NCBI GenBank assembly: GCA_963699725.1
Contig: CAVOVA010000001.1
Coordinates: 5,836-69,835, forward strand
Origin: an uncultured Thermoleophilia bacterium
GTDB lineage: Bacteria; Actinomycetota; Thermoleophilia; UBA2241
Direction of reading: 5' to 3'
DNA length: 64,000 bases
Both the position numbers and the translations under genes were made by a program. The notes below the pieces were generated by a model that was not told the DNA's origin, searched no databases, and saw nothing but the letters and a program-made list of their open reading frames with translations. Positions 25,776 to 33,992 of this stretch are shown one piece after another; within the stretch, counting starts at the first letter, position 1, and each line of letters starts with the position of its first letter.

Positions 25776-26363
25776 ATGAGCCAGCTCCGACAACTCGCCC
25801 TCACGCCCGGCTGGATCTACGAGATCGTCGTGTGTACGTACGTTGAGGGCTCTCCTCACGCATCACCTGCCGGCGCGTGGACGCATGATCTGCGCTCTCT
25901 CTGTATGGAGCTGTACGACACGTCGCATACGCTGCCGGCCCTGCTCGAGGCCGGCGAGTTCGTCGTGGACCTGCCGGTGGACGCCGGGACGTTCTTCCGG
26001 GCGCTGCACGACCCGTCCGCGCTCCGCTTCGAGCGCGCCTCCGTGGTCTCCGCACCTTGCCTGGCCGACGCGAGCGCGACCATCGAGCTGACGGTCACCG
26101 ATGCCACGTCGCGTGAAGGAAGGACGCTCGTCACCGGCGCCGTCCGCCACGTCACGACCCGCGGGGAGGCGCGGCTCATCAATCGTGCCGAGGGATTGCT
26201 GGTCGAGAGCCTCATCGTGGCCTCGCGGTCCGGACTGCGCCCGCGGGAGGACACGCTCGCGCTGCTTGCCGAGAACGCCCGAGTCGTCGAGAAGGTGGCA
26301 CCCGGCTCGGACTTCGCCGAGGCGATGTCCCGCCTGAGGGACGCGTTAGCCTCGGGGTCATAG
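25776..26363 (+). CDS. DUF447-family (split-barrel flavin-binding-like) protein, H4MPT-cluster orf19-type
   Basis: 195 aa. WIYEIVVCTY N-terminus and INRAEGLLVESLIVASR. Family recalled from methylotroph archaeal-like clusters. Confidence 0.6.
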   Translation: MSQLRQLALTPGWIYEIVVCTYVEGSPHASPAGAWTHDLRSLCMELYDTSHTLPALLEAGEFVVDLPVDAGTFFRALHDPSALRFERASVVSAPCLADASATIELTVTDATSREGRTLVTGAVRHVTTRGEARLINRAEGLLVESLIVASRSGLRPREDTLALLAENARVVEKVAPGSDFAEAMSRLRDALASGS

Positions 26364-27326
26364 CGCGTCCTTGCGGATCTCCACCTTGGCGCGAGTGTTG
26401 CGCCCGCGGGCGATGGTCACGGAATCACCCAGGCCGTTGTCCCGCAGGTACTCGCGCATGTGCGACTCGAGCAAGGCGGCCTGGTCTTCGCGCGCGAGTC
26501 CGTAGACGGCCGGCCCCCACGAGCTCTGGCCGGCCCCGAACGCGCCCCCGCGCAGCATGGCGGCGGCGGTCTCGTTCGTGGCTTCGTGGGAGTAGGTCCC
26601 GCCCTGGACATCCGTGAAGTACGCGCCGGTCTTGCGGTCGATCGCGGTCAGGGCGCGCCCGAACGTCTCGATGTCGCGTTCTACCAGCGCCGGCATGAGC
26701 AGGAGCTGCGTGATGCGACACACCTCCTCCGAGATGTGCACGGACGGCGTCAGCGACGCGAACACGCCCTCCTCGCTGTTGCTGCTCAGGCCTTCGCCTC
26801 CGGCCGGGATGGCGATCACGAAGCACCAGTCCGCGGGGAAGTCATGCCGCCACACCACGGTGGGCACGGAGCAGCGCTCGCGAGCGGGCACGCCGCAGCC
26901 GGCGTCGATGAGGAGGCCGCCGCTGCGGAAGGCGGCGATGCCGATACCCGACCGCCGCCCCCGCTGCAGCGCGTACGCGATCTCGCGTACGTCGGCGTCG
27001 ATCCCGCAGACCGCGGCGAGACCGGCGCCGACTGCGAGTGCGAGCTGGGTGCCGGAGCCAAGCCCGACGTGTTCGGGGATGCGCTCCTTCACCTTGATCG
27101 CGACCCTCGGTTCCACGCCGTAGGCGTCGCAGAACCTGCTCACAGCCGCGCGCACCGGTTCCTTGTTGTCGCCGACGATCGTCAGTTCGTCTTGCTCCTC
27201 GAACACGACCGACGTGCCGGGCTGGTCGATCGCCACGCCGATGCTGCCGAAACAGCGGCCGATATCCTCGCTCAGGTTGGTGAACCCGAGGTGAAGCCGG
27301 GAGCCGGTCTCGACGGAGACCCTCAC
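26358..27326 (-). CDS. mptG: Beta-ribofuranosylaminobenzene 5'-phosphate synthase (GHMP family)
   Basis: 322 aa. SRLHLGF and IPEHVGLGSGTQLALAVG GHMP motif. GTGA overlap with the afpA stop. Confidence 0.85.
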   Translation of the reverse strand: MRVSVETGSRLHLGFTNLSEDIGRCFGSIGVAIDQPGTSVVFEEQDELTIVGDNKEPVRAAVSRFCDAYGVEPRVAIKVKERIPEHVGLGSGTQLALAVGAGLAAVCGIDADVREIAYALQRGRRSGIGIAAFRSGGLLIDAGCGVPARERCSVPTVVWRHDFPADWCFVIAIPAGGEGLSSNSEEGVFASLTPSVHISEEVCRITQLLLMPALVERDIETFGRALTAIDRKTGAYFTDVQGGTYSHEATNETAAAMLRGGAFGAGQSSWGPAVYGLAREDQAALLESHMREYLRDNGLGDSVTIARGRNTRAKVEIRKDAL

Positions 27327-27889
27327 GAGGCGGCGTCCCCCCGCTCCGCGCAGGCGCGCAGGATGCCCTCGATCTCAGACGGCGATTCGAACACGGTGAT
27401 GCCCTCCATCGTGCGCAGCTTGTCGGTGTTCTCCACGTCGATCGCGCGGATCTTGAGTTCGAGGCGTTCGCCGCCGGGACGCATGGTCACCGTCGTGCCC
27501 GGGCGAAGGTCGACCGGCATGATGTAGATCGGCGTCGTCGACTTGGCGGTCTGTCCGACGGCGTTGGTCACCATCGTGTCCTCGATGCCGTGCGCTATCT
27601 TGGCAACCGAGTTCGCGGTCGCCGGCGCCACGAGCAGGCAATCGTACTGACCGATCTGCAGGGGCCCGGTGATGAACGGCGAGTTGGCGTCCTTCTCGAT
27701 CTTCACCGACTTGGCGATCTCTTCGACCGTCTCGGTCAGCTTGTACCAGCGCAGCACCCGCACCGCGGCGATAGACATGGCCGCGGTGATCTCCACGTCG
27801 AGCTGTTCCCGGAGAGCCGCCATGGCTGCGACGGTCTCGGGCATCTTGTCGCCCGAACCGGTGATTCCCCACACGACCTTCAGAGTCAT
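27323..27889 (-). CDS. afpA: Archaeoflavoprotein AfpA / DmrA-like flavoprotein (HFCD fold)
   Basis: 188 aa. VVWGITGSGD N-terminus and LLVAPATANSVAKIAHGI. GAGGAGG RBS. Confidence 0.7.
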   Translation of the reverse strand: MTLKVVWGITGSGDKMPETVAAMAALREQLDVEITAAMSIAAVRVLRWYKLTETVEEIAKSVKIEKDANSPFITGPLQIGQYDCLLVAPATANSVAKIAHGIEDTMVTNAVGQTAKSTTPIYIMPVDLRPGTTVTMRPGGERLELKIRAIDVENTDKLRTMEGITVFESPSEIEGILRACAERGDAAS

Positions 27890-27902
27890 CGCCTCGACCT
27901 CC

Positions 27903-28523
27903 TCACTCGGGACGGCCTGCGAGAAGCCGCGTTACTTCTACCAGACGGTCGACAACCTTGTGGATGGCGTCCAGGCCCACCTCGTCTGCCTGCACGCCGG
28001 CCGCGCCCTTGTCACGCGACCAGACGGCGGCGCCGAGATTGGCGCCGAAGGCGCCGCCGCCCACGGGGATCATCTCGTTGATGAGGTAGAATCCCGCGAT
28101 CGTCAGCAGCGTCGGCTCCTGACCCCCGCTGCGGTCGCCACCGACGGCGATGCCTGTCCCCACCTTGCCGCGAAACACCCCTGGTTCGCTGGCGACAACG
28201 GCCCGGCAGCGGTCGAGGATCGTCTTGAGCTGGCCGCTGATCTGGCCCTGGTACACCGGCGTGCCGAGGATCCAGGCGTCGGCCCATTTGAGCTTCGAAT
28301 ACAGATCTTCCATGTCGTCCTTGAAGGCGCACCCCTGTCGCTTGCGGATGCAGGCGTCGCAGTGCACGCAGAACCCGATGGTCTTGCGATGGGCGCTGAA
28401 GTAGTCGACGCTCGCGCCGTGCTGCTCTTGAGCGTGCCGGAGCGCCTCGTTCACTGCGAAGTCGGTGGCCTTTCGGCGTGAGCTTCCCGAGATGCCGAGA
28501 AGTCTGATGCCGCTCTCGTTCAT
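27903..28523 (-). CDS. Iron-sulfur flavoprotein (Isf-like NADPH-dependent FMN reductase fold)
   Basis: Part of ORF 27903-28793, from ATG 28523. LLGISGSSR flavodoxin-like start. Compact CVHCDACIRKRQGC (CxxCxxCx6C) motif as in Methanosarcina Isf. Confidence 0.7.
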   Translation of the reverse strand: MNESGIRLLGISGSSRRKATDFAVNEALRHAQEQHGASVDYFSAHRKTIGFCVHCDACIRKRQGCAFKDDMEDLYSKLKWADAWILGTPVYQGQISGQLKTILDRCRAVVASEPGVFRGKVGTGIAVGGDRSGGQEPTLLTIAGFYLINEMIPVGGGAFGANLGAAVWSRDKGAAGVQADEVGLDAIHKVVDRLVEVTRLLAGRPE

Positions 28524-28668
28524 CGCTTCTCCGTACTTCCCGTTCGAGGACAGCGCCCAATGGACGACGAGGGCGGGGGTGCCGATACTCTTCAGCGAGC
28601 CCCCCCGCCCTCGGCCTTCTTCGTCATGGACCGGCAGGTCTGCCGCCGGTCCGGGACAAGAGGTCCTG

Positions 28669-29409
28669 TTACTCTGCGGCCTTGTTCTTGATCCCCGAGA
28701 TGTAGTCGTACAAGAAGGCGGCGATGAGACCGCCGGCGATCGGGCCGATGATGTAGATGGGGAAGTTGCCCCAATCGGCGATCGACGCTCCATCCGCGGC
28801 CTTGCCGCCGTACAGCGTCTCGACCAGGTAGGGACCGAAGGAGCGCGCCGTGTTCATCGAGGCGCCGGCGATCGGGCCGGTGACGATGATGTCCGCCGCG
28901 ACCACGATACCGATCGCGACGCCGGCGAAGCCGCTCGGCGCCCGGCTGTCCACGGCGGAGCCCCAGATGACGAGCACCAGGAAGGCGGTGGTCACGAGTT
29001 CGACGAGGATCGCCTGCCAGTAGCTCACGTCTGCGCCCGGCGCGGTGATGCCGAGACCCGCGTCGACCGCTCGCTGCCCCCAGATCCAGACGATCACGAG
29101 GGATGCCGCGGCGGCGCCGATCAGCTGCGCGATCACGTAGTAGATCATGTCCTTGGCCGGGAAGCGGCCGGTGGCCCACAGGGTGATGCTCACCACAGGA
29201 TTGATGTGCGTGCCCGAGATGTGCCCAAAGGCGTAGATCATGACCAGGACGGCGAAGCCGAAGGCGAGGCCGATCAGGAGCAGGCCGGCCATGTCGGGCC
29301 CCTCGAAGACCGTGACCATGGTCACGACGGAGCCGGTGCCCAGGAACACGAGCACGAAAGTACCGATCAACTCCGCGAGAGCCCGCTTCGCGAGGGTGGG
29401 TTGTGGCAC
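28669..29409 (-). CDS. MIP-family channel (aquaporin/glycerol-facilitator fold) with non-canonical NPA boxes
   Basis: 246 aa, six hydrophobic segments. First box HISGTHINPVVS (NPV), second box GASMNTARSFGP (NTA). GGAGGTGA RBS before GTG 29409. Confidence 0.85.
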   Translation of the reverse strand: MPQPTLAKRALAELIGTFVLVFLGTGSVVTMVTVFEGPDMAGLLLIGLAFGFAVLVMIYAFGHISGTHINPVVSITLWATGRFPAKDMIYYVIAQLIGAAAASLVIVWIWGQRAVDAGLGITAPGADVSYWQAILVELVTTAFLVLVIWGSAVDSRAPSGFAGVAIGIVVAADIIVTGPIAGASMNTARSFGPYLVETLYGGKAADGASIADWGNFPIYIIGPIAGGLIAAFLYDYISGIKNKAAE

Positions 29410-29531
29410 GGTGTCACCTCCAAAGACGTTTGTGACGAACGGAAGGTCCTGTCGGGGACCGGGAGACTGCGCTCCCGGTCCCCGATCGTCTCACGAGAAT
29501 CCTGAATCAGTTCCTCGCGGACCTCCTTCGG

Positions 29532-31064
29532 TCAGACGGCCACGTTCCACTGGCAGTAGCCCACTGAGCCGGAACCACGGCCCGTCGCCATCGGGACGTT
29601 CCTCTTGATGAGGGCGCAGGTAGCGCAGTCCTTGCAGGCACGGACCGGGGCGCCCGGCGTGCCGGGAGCGACCGCGATGGCATTGGTCATGAGGGTCGCG
29701 GTGGTGCACTCCGGCGTGAGGAAGCAGGGGAAGTCGGACAGCGTCATCAGGGCAGCGAAGCGCTGGGTGATGGCGCAGGCCGGATACGTGTAGCGCTGCG
29801 GGTTGCTGATCACGTCGTTGCTGTCGACGGTGCTCAGGTCGACCGCGACGCCCTTGACCTTGCCGCCGGCGCCGATCGGCTTGATGTCGAGGATGGCCTC
29901 GCCGCGCTTGAGGATGTCCATGAAGTCGACGTTGTGCAGCTCGTCGGCCTCGCCGCGGTCCGGATGCATGGCGGCGTAGTTGTGGAAGCGCTTGTTGAGC
30001 AGGTCGATCACCATCGGGACGGTGAAGCTGTCCTTCCACAGGATGTACGCCGTGGCGCAGGCCGTCGAGCCGGTGGCGACGGAGAGCACGTCGTACGGGC
30101 TCTTGAAGGCATCGGCCTTGAGGGCGGCGTTCAGCGTGTTCTCGAGCACGCCGGTGACGGCCTCGTAGATCGCGAACACCATGTCGTCGTTGAACATGTT
30201 GTAGGCCGACTGCGCGATGTGGTGGGCGACGTCGCCGACGCAGTACGCGGGGACGGCGGTGATGTTGGCGTAGTGCACGCCGGCCTTCATCGCGGCGACG
30301 ATGGTCGGGCGCATCTTCTCTTTGTAATCCGCCATGTACTTGCTGACGTCGAACGAGCTGTGCGGGCCGTGGCCACCGAGGTTATGCGTGGCCATGAGCT
30401 GCGCCTGAGCGGCGGACGGCTCGCGGTACACGAACTGCAGCATGTCGACCTCGGCCTGCTCGGCGTCGGCCAGGGTCTTGCCCGACTCGACGGCGGCGCG
30501 GAACGCGCCGGCGAGGCCGTAGGAGGTGTTCATGCCCCACGACTTGCAGGCGAGGATGGTCTTCTTGTGGTCGGCCGGGATGTCCAGGGGAACCAGGATC
30601 TGGTTCACGAGGTTCGGCACCGAGCCGACCGACATGGCGAAGTCGACGACACAGGTGGGGCCGTACATGCCGCCGTAGCGACGCGCGGCCTCCATGCCGA
30701 CGAGGGCCTTGTTCGCCGCGATGGCGTCGATGAACTTCCACATCGAAGCCTTGAACGCGGGATCCTCTTCGTACATGATCTCGAGGATCGGCGGCGTCTG
30801 ATAGTGCTCGACGAACGGATCGTCCTCGGGACGTACGGTGTCGGTGAGGGACGTCATGACGTCGAAGTGAGCGTTCACGGACTTCACGTGCAGGTCGATG
30901 ACTTCCTGCGACTGCCCCTCATAGGCCGTCATCTTGTTCACGGCGTCGACGTACGGCTTCGCGTCCGTCACCTTGAAGGTACCACCGCGGTTGGCCTTGT
31001 TGACGCCGAATACCGCTTTGGTGGCGCCCACTGCCTCGGTTATCATCTTCTCGTAAAGCGACAT
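29532..31064 (-). CDS. Hypothetical 510-aa Cys-rich protein, no family recognised
   Basis: Long ORF with GGAGG 5 nt before the ATG and composition like its neighbours. No Rossmann, P-loop, CxxCH, radical-SAM or DxHxxG motif seen. Seven Cys in the last ~85 aa (YPACAI, FPCFLTPEC, ACKDCATCA, GYCQW). Confidence 0.8.
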   Translation of the reverse strand: MSLYEKMITEAVGATKAVFGVNKANRGGTFKVTDAKPYVDAVNKMTAYEGQSQEVIDLHVKSVNAHFDVMTSLTDTVRPEDDPFVEHYQTPPILEIMYEEDPAFKASMWKFIDAIAANKALVGMEAARRYGGMYGPTCVVDFAMSVGSVPNLVNQILVPLDIPADHKKTILACKSWGMNTSYGLAGAFRAAVESGKTLADAEQAEVDMLQFVYREPSAAQAQLMATHNLGGHGPHSSFDVSKYMADYKEKMRPTIVAAMKAGVHYANITAVPAYCVGDVAHHIAQSAYNMFNDDMVFAIYEAVTGVLENTLNAALKADAFKSPYDVLSVATGSTACATAYILWKDSFTVPMVIDLLNKRFHNYAAMHPDRGEADELHNVDFMDILKRGEAILDIKPIGAGGKVKGVAVDLSTVDSNDVISNPQRYTYPACAITQRFAALMTLSDFPCFLTPECTTATLMTNAIAVAPGTPGAPVRACKDCATCALIKRNVPMATGRGSGSVGYCQWNVAV

Positions 31065-31180
31065 CTCTACCTCCGTGCCTCGATTGACCGGTTTCCGTTG
31101 GTGGTTGTGCCGGGATGGGCCACCGATCGACGGGCCTCCCGGTGGCCGGCGGGGCTGAGTACGCCCCCTTCAGACCGCGC

Positions 31181-31384
31181 CTACTCGAGCACCTCTTTGC
31201 ATTCCGCGCAGAGGATGCGCGGCAGCTTCTTCCGGGACTTCTTGTTCGGGAACGGGTAGCCGCCCTCCCAGAAGTCGACATCCTCACGGAGCGCGTGATC
31301 CATGCAGAGACCCATGCCGCACACGATACAGATGCCGACCGCCTCGGTCTGCTTGCCGGCCTTCGCGCACACATAACACTGCAT
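31181..31384 (-). CDS. DUF2180-like small zinc-ribbon protein
   Basis: 67 aa from ATG 31384 (GGAAGGAGGG RBS). MQCYVCAKAGKQTEAVGICIVCGMGLCMDH...CAEC, giving three CxxC pairs. Resembles archaeal DUF2180 proteins as I recall them. Confidence 0.6.
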   Translation of the reverse strand: MQCYVCAKAGKQTEAVGICIVCGMGLCMDHALREDVDFWEGGYPFPNKKSRKKLPRILCAECKEVLE

Positions 31385-31569
31385 ACCTGACCCTCCTTCC
31401 TGTTGGTGAGTGTCATCCATTTCTAACACTTCCGCGACGAGGACTTGCCGTTGTGCTTGTCGCCGTCGCCCGCGCGGTGACGGGACGTGCTGCCGCCTGC
31501 GAGCCACTTCATTCGAGTGACGCCTCACCTCCTTGTCGTTCTCCGCTCTGAGGCTGACTCCGAAAGCAA

Positions 31570-31611
31570 GACAGCCGGGCTGCCGAGAACGATCTCGGCA
31601 GCCCGGCTGTC
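31570..31611 (-). terminator. Perfect 19-bp hairpin (loop ACGA), followed on the minus strand by TTGCTTTCGG
   Basis: GACAGCCGGGCTGCCGAGA-ACGA-TCTCGGCAGCCCGGCTGTC. It separates the mod operon side from the DUF2180 promoter region. Confidence 0.5.
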
Positions 31612-31873
31612 GGGGCGCGGGGGTAAGAATACAGCCGGACTATCCCTTCCGCAGGGTAGCCACTCTACGGTGCAGCGGTACTCTACGAGGTGGGTAGGAC
31701 TAGTGTCAACGTACTCGTTCCAATGTACGGACCGTCGGCGACGTTACAGTACTCCGTCGGAGCGCATTCAGTCTGCGCTGAAGCGCTTCTCGACGCCGGC
31801 GCGGCGGCTGCTGCCGCCGGCGTGGAGCACGCCGACCCGAACCGGGTGGTCGCCAGGGATCGTCGCCGGCGCA

Positions 31874-32938
31874 TCAGGCGGGGTACGTGACGATCTCGGT
31901 CGCCTTCACCGAGGCGTACACGGGACCGCCCTCACCGAGGTGGAGCGCGGCCACGGCCGCCGGTGTGACCTCGGCGACGATCGGCATGGGCCCCGAGACG
32001 TGCACGCGGATACGCTCACCAGCTACGTCCAGTTCACCGGCCGTACCCGACCACACGTTGCGCCGCGAACCCTCGGGATGCGCGCGGTGAAGCGCCACCG
32101 CCCCCGGAGGGATGACGGCGAAGACGTCGCCCTCCCGTGGGACGGTCTCGGCCGTGACGATACGCTGGCCCGCGGGGAGCTCCACGACGTGCCCCGCACC
32201 CTGCCCCCGGTAGAGGTTGAGGCCGACGAGGTCGGCGACGTAGCGCGAGCGCGGGTGGGCGCTGAGCTCCTCAGGCGCGCCCACCTGGACCACGCGACCG
32301 TCTTCGAGAACGACCAGCAGGTCGGCCAGGGTCATCGCCTCGATCGGGTCGTGGGTGACGAGCAGGCAGGTGCCGCTGTACGAGCCGAGGTGCCGGTTGA
32401 GTTCCCGGCGGAGCTCCGCCCGCGCACCCGCGTCCATGGCCGACAGCGGCTCATCGAGGAGGAGCAGGCGTGGGTCCGTGGCCAGCGCGCGTGCCAGAGC
32501 GGCGCGCTGGGCCTGCCCTCCGGAGAGGGCCTTCGGCCGCTCCAGGGCGCAGGCTGCGAGGTCGACTCGTTCCAGCCACTCCGTCGCGACCCGGCGCGCG
32601 GTTCTCCGGTGCAGTCCGCGGGCACGCAGGCCGAAGGCCACGTTCTCGAGCACGTTGAGGTGGGGGAACAGCAGATAGTCCTGGAACACGACCCCGACCG
32701 GCCGGTGCTCCGGCGGGACGCGGACGCCGGCGGACACGTCTTCGAGCACTCGCCCATCGAGCACGACCTTTCCGGTTTCGAGGGGTATGAGGCCCGCCAG
32801 GGCGCGCAGGAGCGTCGTCTTGCCGGCGGCGTTCGGGCCCAGCAGGACGACGACCTGGTCGTCGGCGACCGCCAGCTCGGCCTCGAGATCGAGGGCTCCC
32901 TTGTGCAGAGCCACCTGTGCCTCGAGACTCATGCCCAT
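31874..32938 (-). CDS. modC: Molybdate/tungstate ABC transporter ATP-binding protein with C-terminal TOBE-like domain
   Basis: Walker A GPNAAGKTT, signature LSGGQAQR, Walker B LLLLDEP, and a ~120-aa C-terminal extension. Confidence 0.85.
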   Translation of the reverse strand: MGMSLEAQVALHKGALDLEAELAVADDQVVVLLGPNAAGKTTLLRALAGLIPLETGKVVLDGRVLEDVSAGVRVPPEHRPVGVVFQDYLLFPHLNVLENVAFGLRARGLHRRTARRVATEWLERVDLAACALERPKALSGGQAQRAALARALATDPRLLLLDEPLSAMDAGARAELRRELNRHLGSYSGTCLLVTHDPIEAMTLADLLVVLEDGRVVQVGAPEELSAHPRSRYVADLVGLNLYRGQGAGHVVELPAGQRIVTAETVPREGDVFAVIPPGAVALHRAHPEGSRRNVWSGTAGELDVAGERIRVHVSGPMPIVAEVTPAAVAALHLGEGGPVYASVKATEIVTYPA

Positions 32939-32969
32939 GCCCTCCCGCGCGCGTGTCCCTCGGGCGTCG

Positions 32970-33929
32970 TCATCGCGAAGGGAACCAGCGGTCGCGCAGC
33001 GCGATGAGCACGGCGAGGCAGATGACCAGCATGATCAGGCTCAGCGTGATCGCCGCATCGGGGTTGTTCTGCAGGGCGAGATAGACGGCCAGCGGGATCG
33101 TCTGCGTCCTCCCCGGCAGGTTGCCGGCGAAGGTGATGGTGGCGCCGAACTCGCCCAGCGCCCGCGCCCAGCACAGGGCGGCGCCGGCGCCGAGCGCCGG
33201 CGCGATCAGCGGCAGCGTGACCCGTCGGAAGGTCGTCCAGTGCCCGGCGCCCAGCGTCGCCGCCGCGTCCTCGTACCGCCGGTCCATGGAGCGGATGCCG
33301 GCCTCCACGGTGATCACCAGGAACGGCATGGCGACGAAGGTCTCGGCGAGGATCGCGGCGGTCGTGGTGAACGGCAGGGTCAGGCCGAACGCCCGGTCGA
33401 GCCACTGCCCGACGATGCCGCTCCGCCCGAAGGCGAGCAGCAGGGCCACGCCGCCGACCACCGGCGGAAGCACCATGGGGAGCGTCACCACGGCGCGCAC
33501 CACGTTGCGGCCACGGAAGGGCACGCGCGCGAGCAGCCACGCGAGGGGTACGCCGAGAACGACGGAGAGGGCGACGGCGCCGAAGGAGCAGACGAGGGAG
33601 AGCCGCAGGGCGGTGAGTACACCGGGCGCCGTGAGATCCTCCGGGAGATGGCGCCAGGGAACGCGGGCTACGAGCGCGACCACCGGCAGGGCGAGAAAGG
33701 CGATGCCGATCGCCGCCAGCGGCACGAAGCCGAACGGAGCGCGGCCACCCCGCCGAGCTTGTGCCGGCCGCCGTGAGGCTGCGGGGGCGGGCGGGACCGT
33801 CCAGGGGACCGGCGCCCGCCCGGCGCGCCCGGTGACGAGCGAGTCGCCGGCGACGACGGCGAGCTTGCCCGTGCCGTCCGGCCGGGGGCCGCCCGCGCCC
33901 TCCGGGCTCGTGCTCTCGTGGTCGCTCAC
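32970..33929 (-). CDS. modB: Molybdate ABC transporter permease
   Basis: ALGEFGATITFAGNLPGRTQT, the characteristic ModB loop. The N-terminal ~70 aa are low complexity, so the start is uncertain. Confidence 0.85.
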   Translation of the reverse strand: MSDHESTSPEGAGGPRPDGTGKLAVVAGDSLVTGRAGRAPVPWTVPPAPAASRRPAQARRGGRAPFGFVPLAAIGIAFLALPVVALVARVPWRHLPEDLTAPGVLTALRLSLVCSFGAVALSVVLGVPLAWLLARVPFRGRNVVRAVVTLPMVLPPVVGGVALLLAFGRSGIVGQWLDRAFGLTLPFTTTAAILAETFVAMPFLVITVEAGIRSMDRRYEDAAATLGAGHWTTFRRVTLPLIAPALGAGAALCWARALGEFGATITFAGNLPGRTQTIPLAVYLALQNNPDAAITLSLIMLVICLAVLIALRDRWFPSR

Positions 33930-33992
33930 GGCTTGTCTCTCATGCGTCGCCGATCGGGCTCGTGGCCGTCGGCCGCGCGGGCATCGTCGTTC

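Noticed and set aside
31423-31512. 29-aa minus-strand sORF (MKWLAGGSTSRHRAGDGDKHNGKSSSRKC) downstream of the strong SD-like AAGGAGGTGA. It could be a leader peptide.
   Set aside because: The SD-to-ATG spacing is about 15 nt, there is no informative composition, and conservation cannot be checked here. It is kept only as a note within the spacer finding.
31526-31534. Plus-strand CACCTCCTT, resembling the 3' end of 16S rRNA.
   Set aside because: It is an isolated 9-mer with no flanking rRNA-like sequence. It is simply the complement of an SD-like element on the minus strand.
31612-31800. Lower-GC stretch checked for a tRNA, SRP RNA or cobalamin riboswitch.
   Set aside because: I could find no T-loop (GGTTCGAATCC-like) or cloverleaf, no SRP AGGUCCGGAAGGAAGCAGC-like core, and only a weak GCCACTC resemblance to a B12 box. 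A covariance-model scan is needed.
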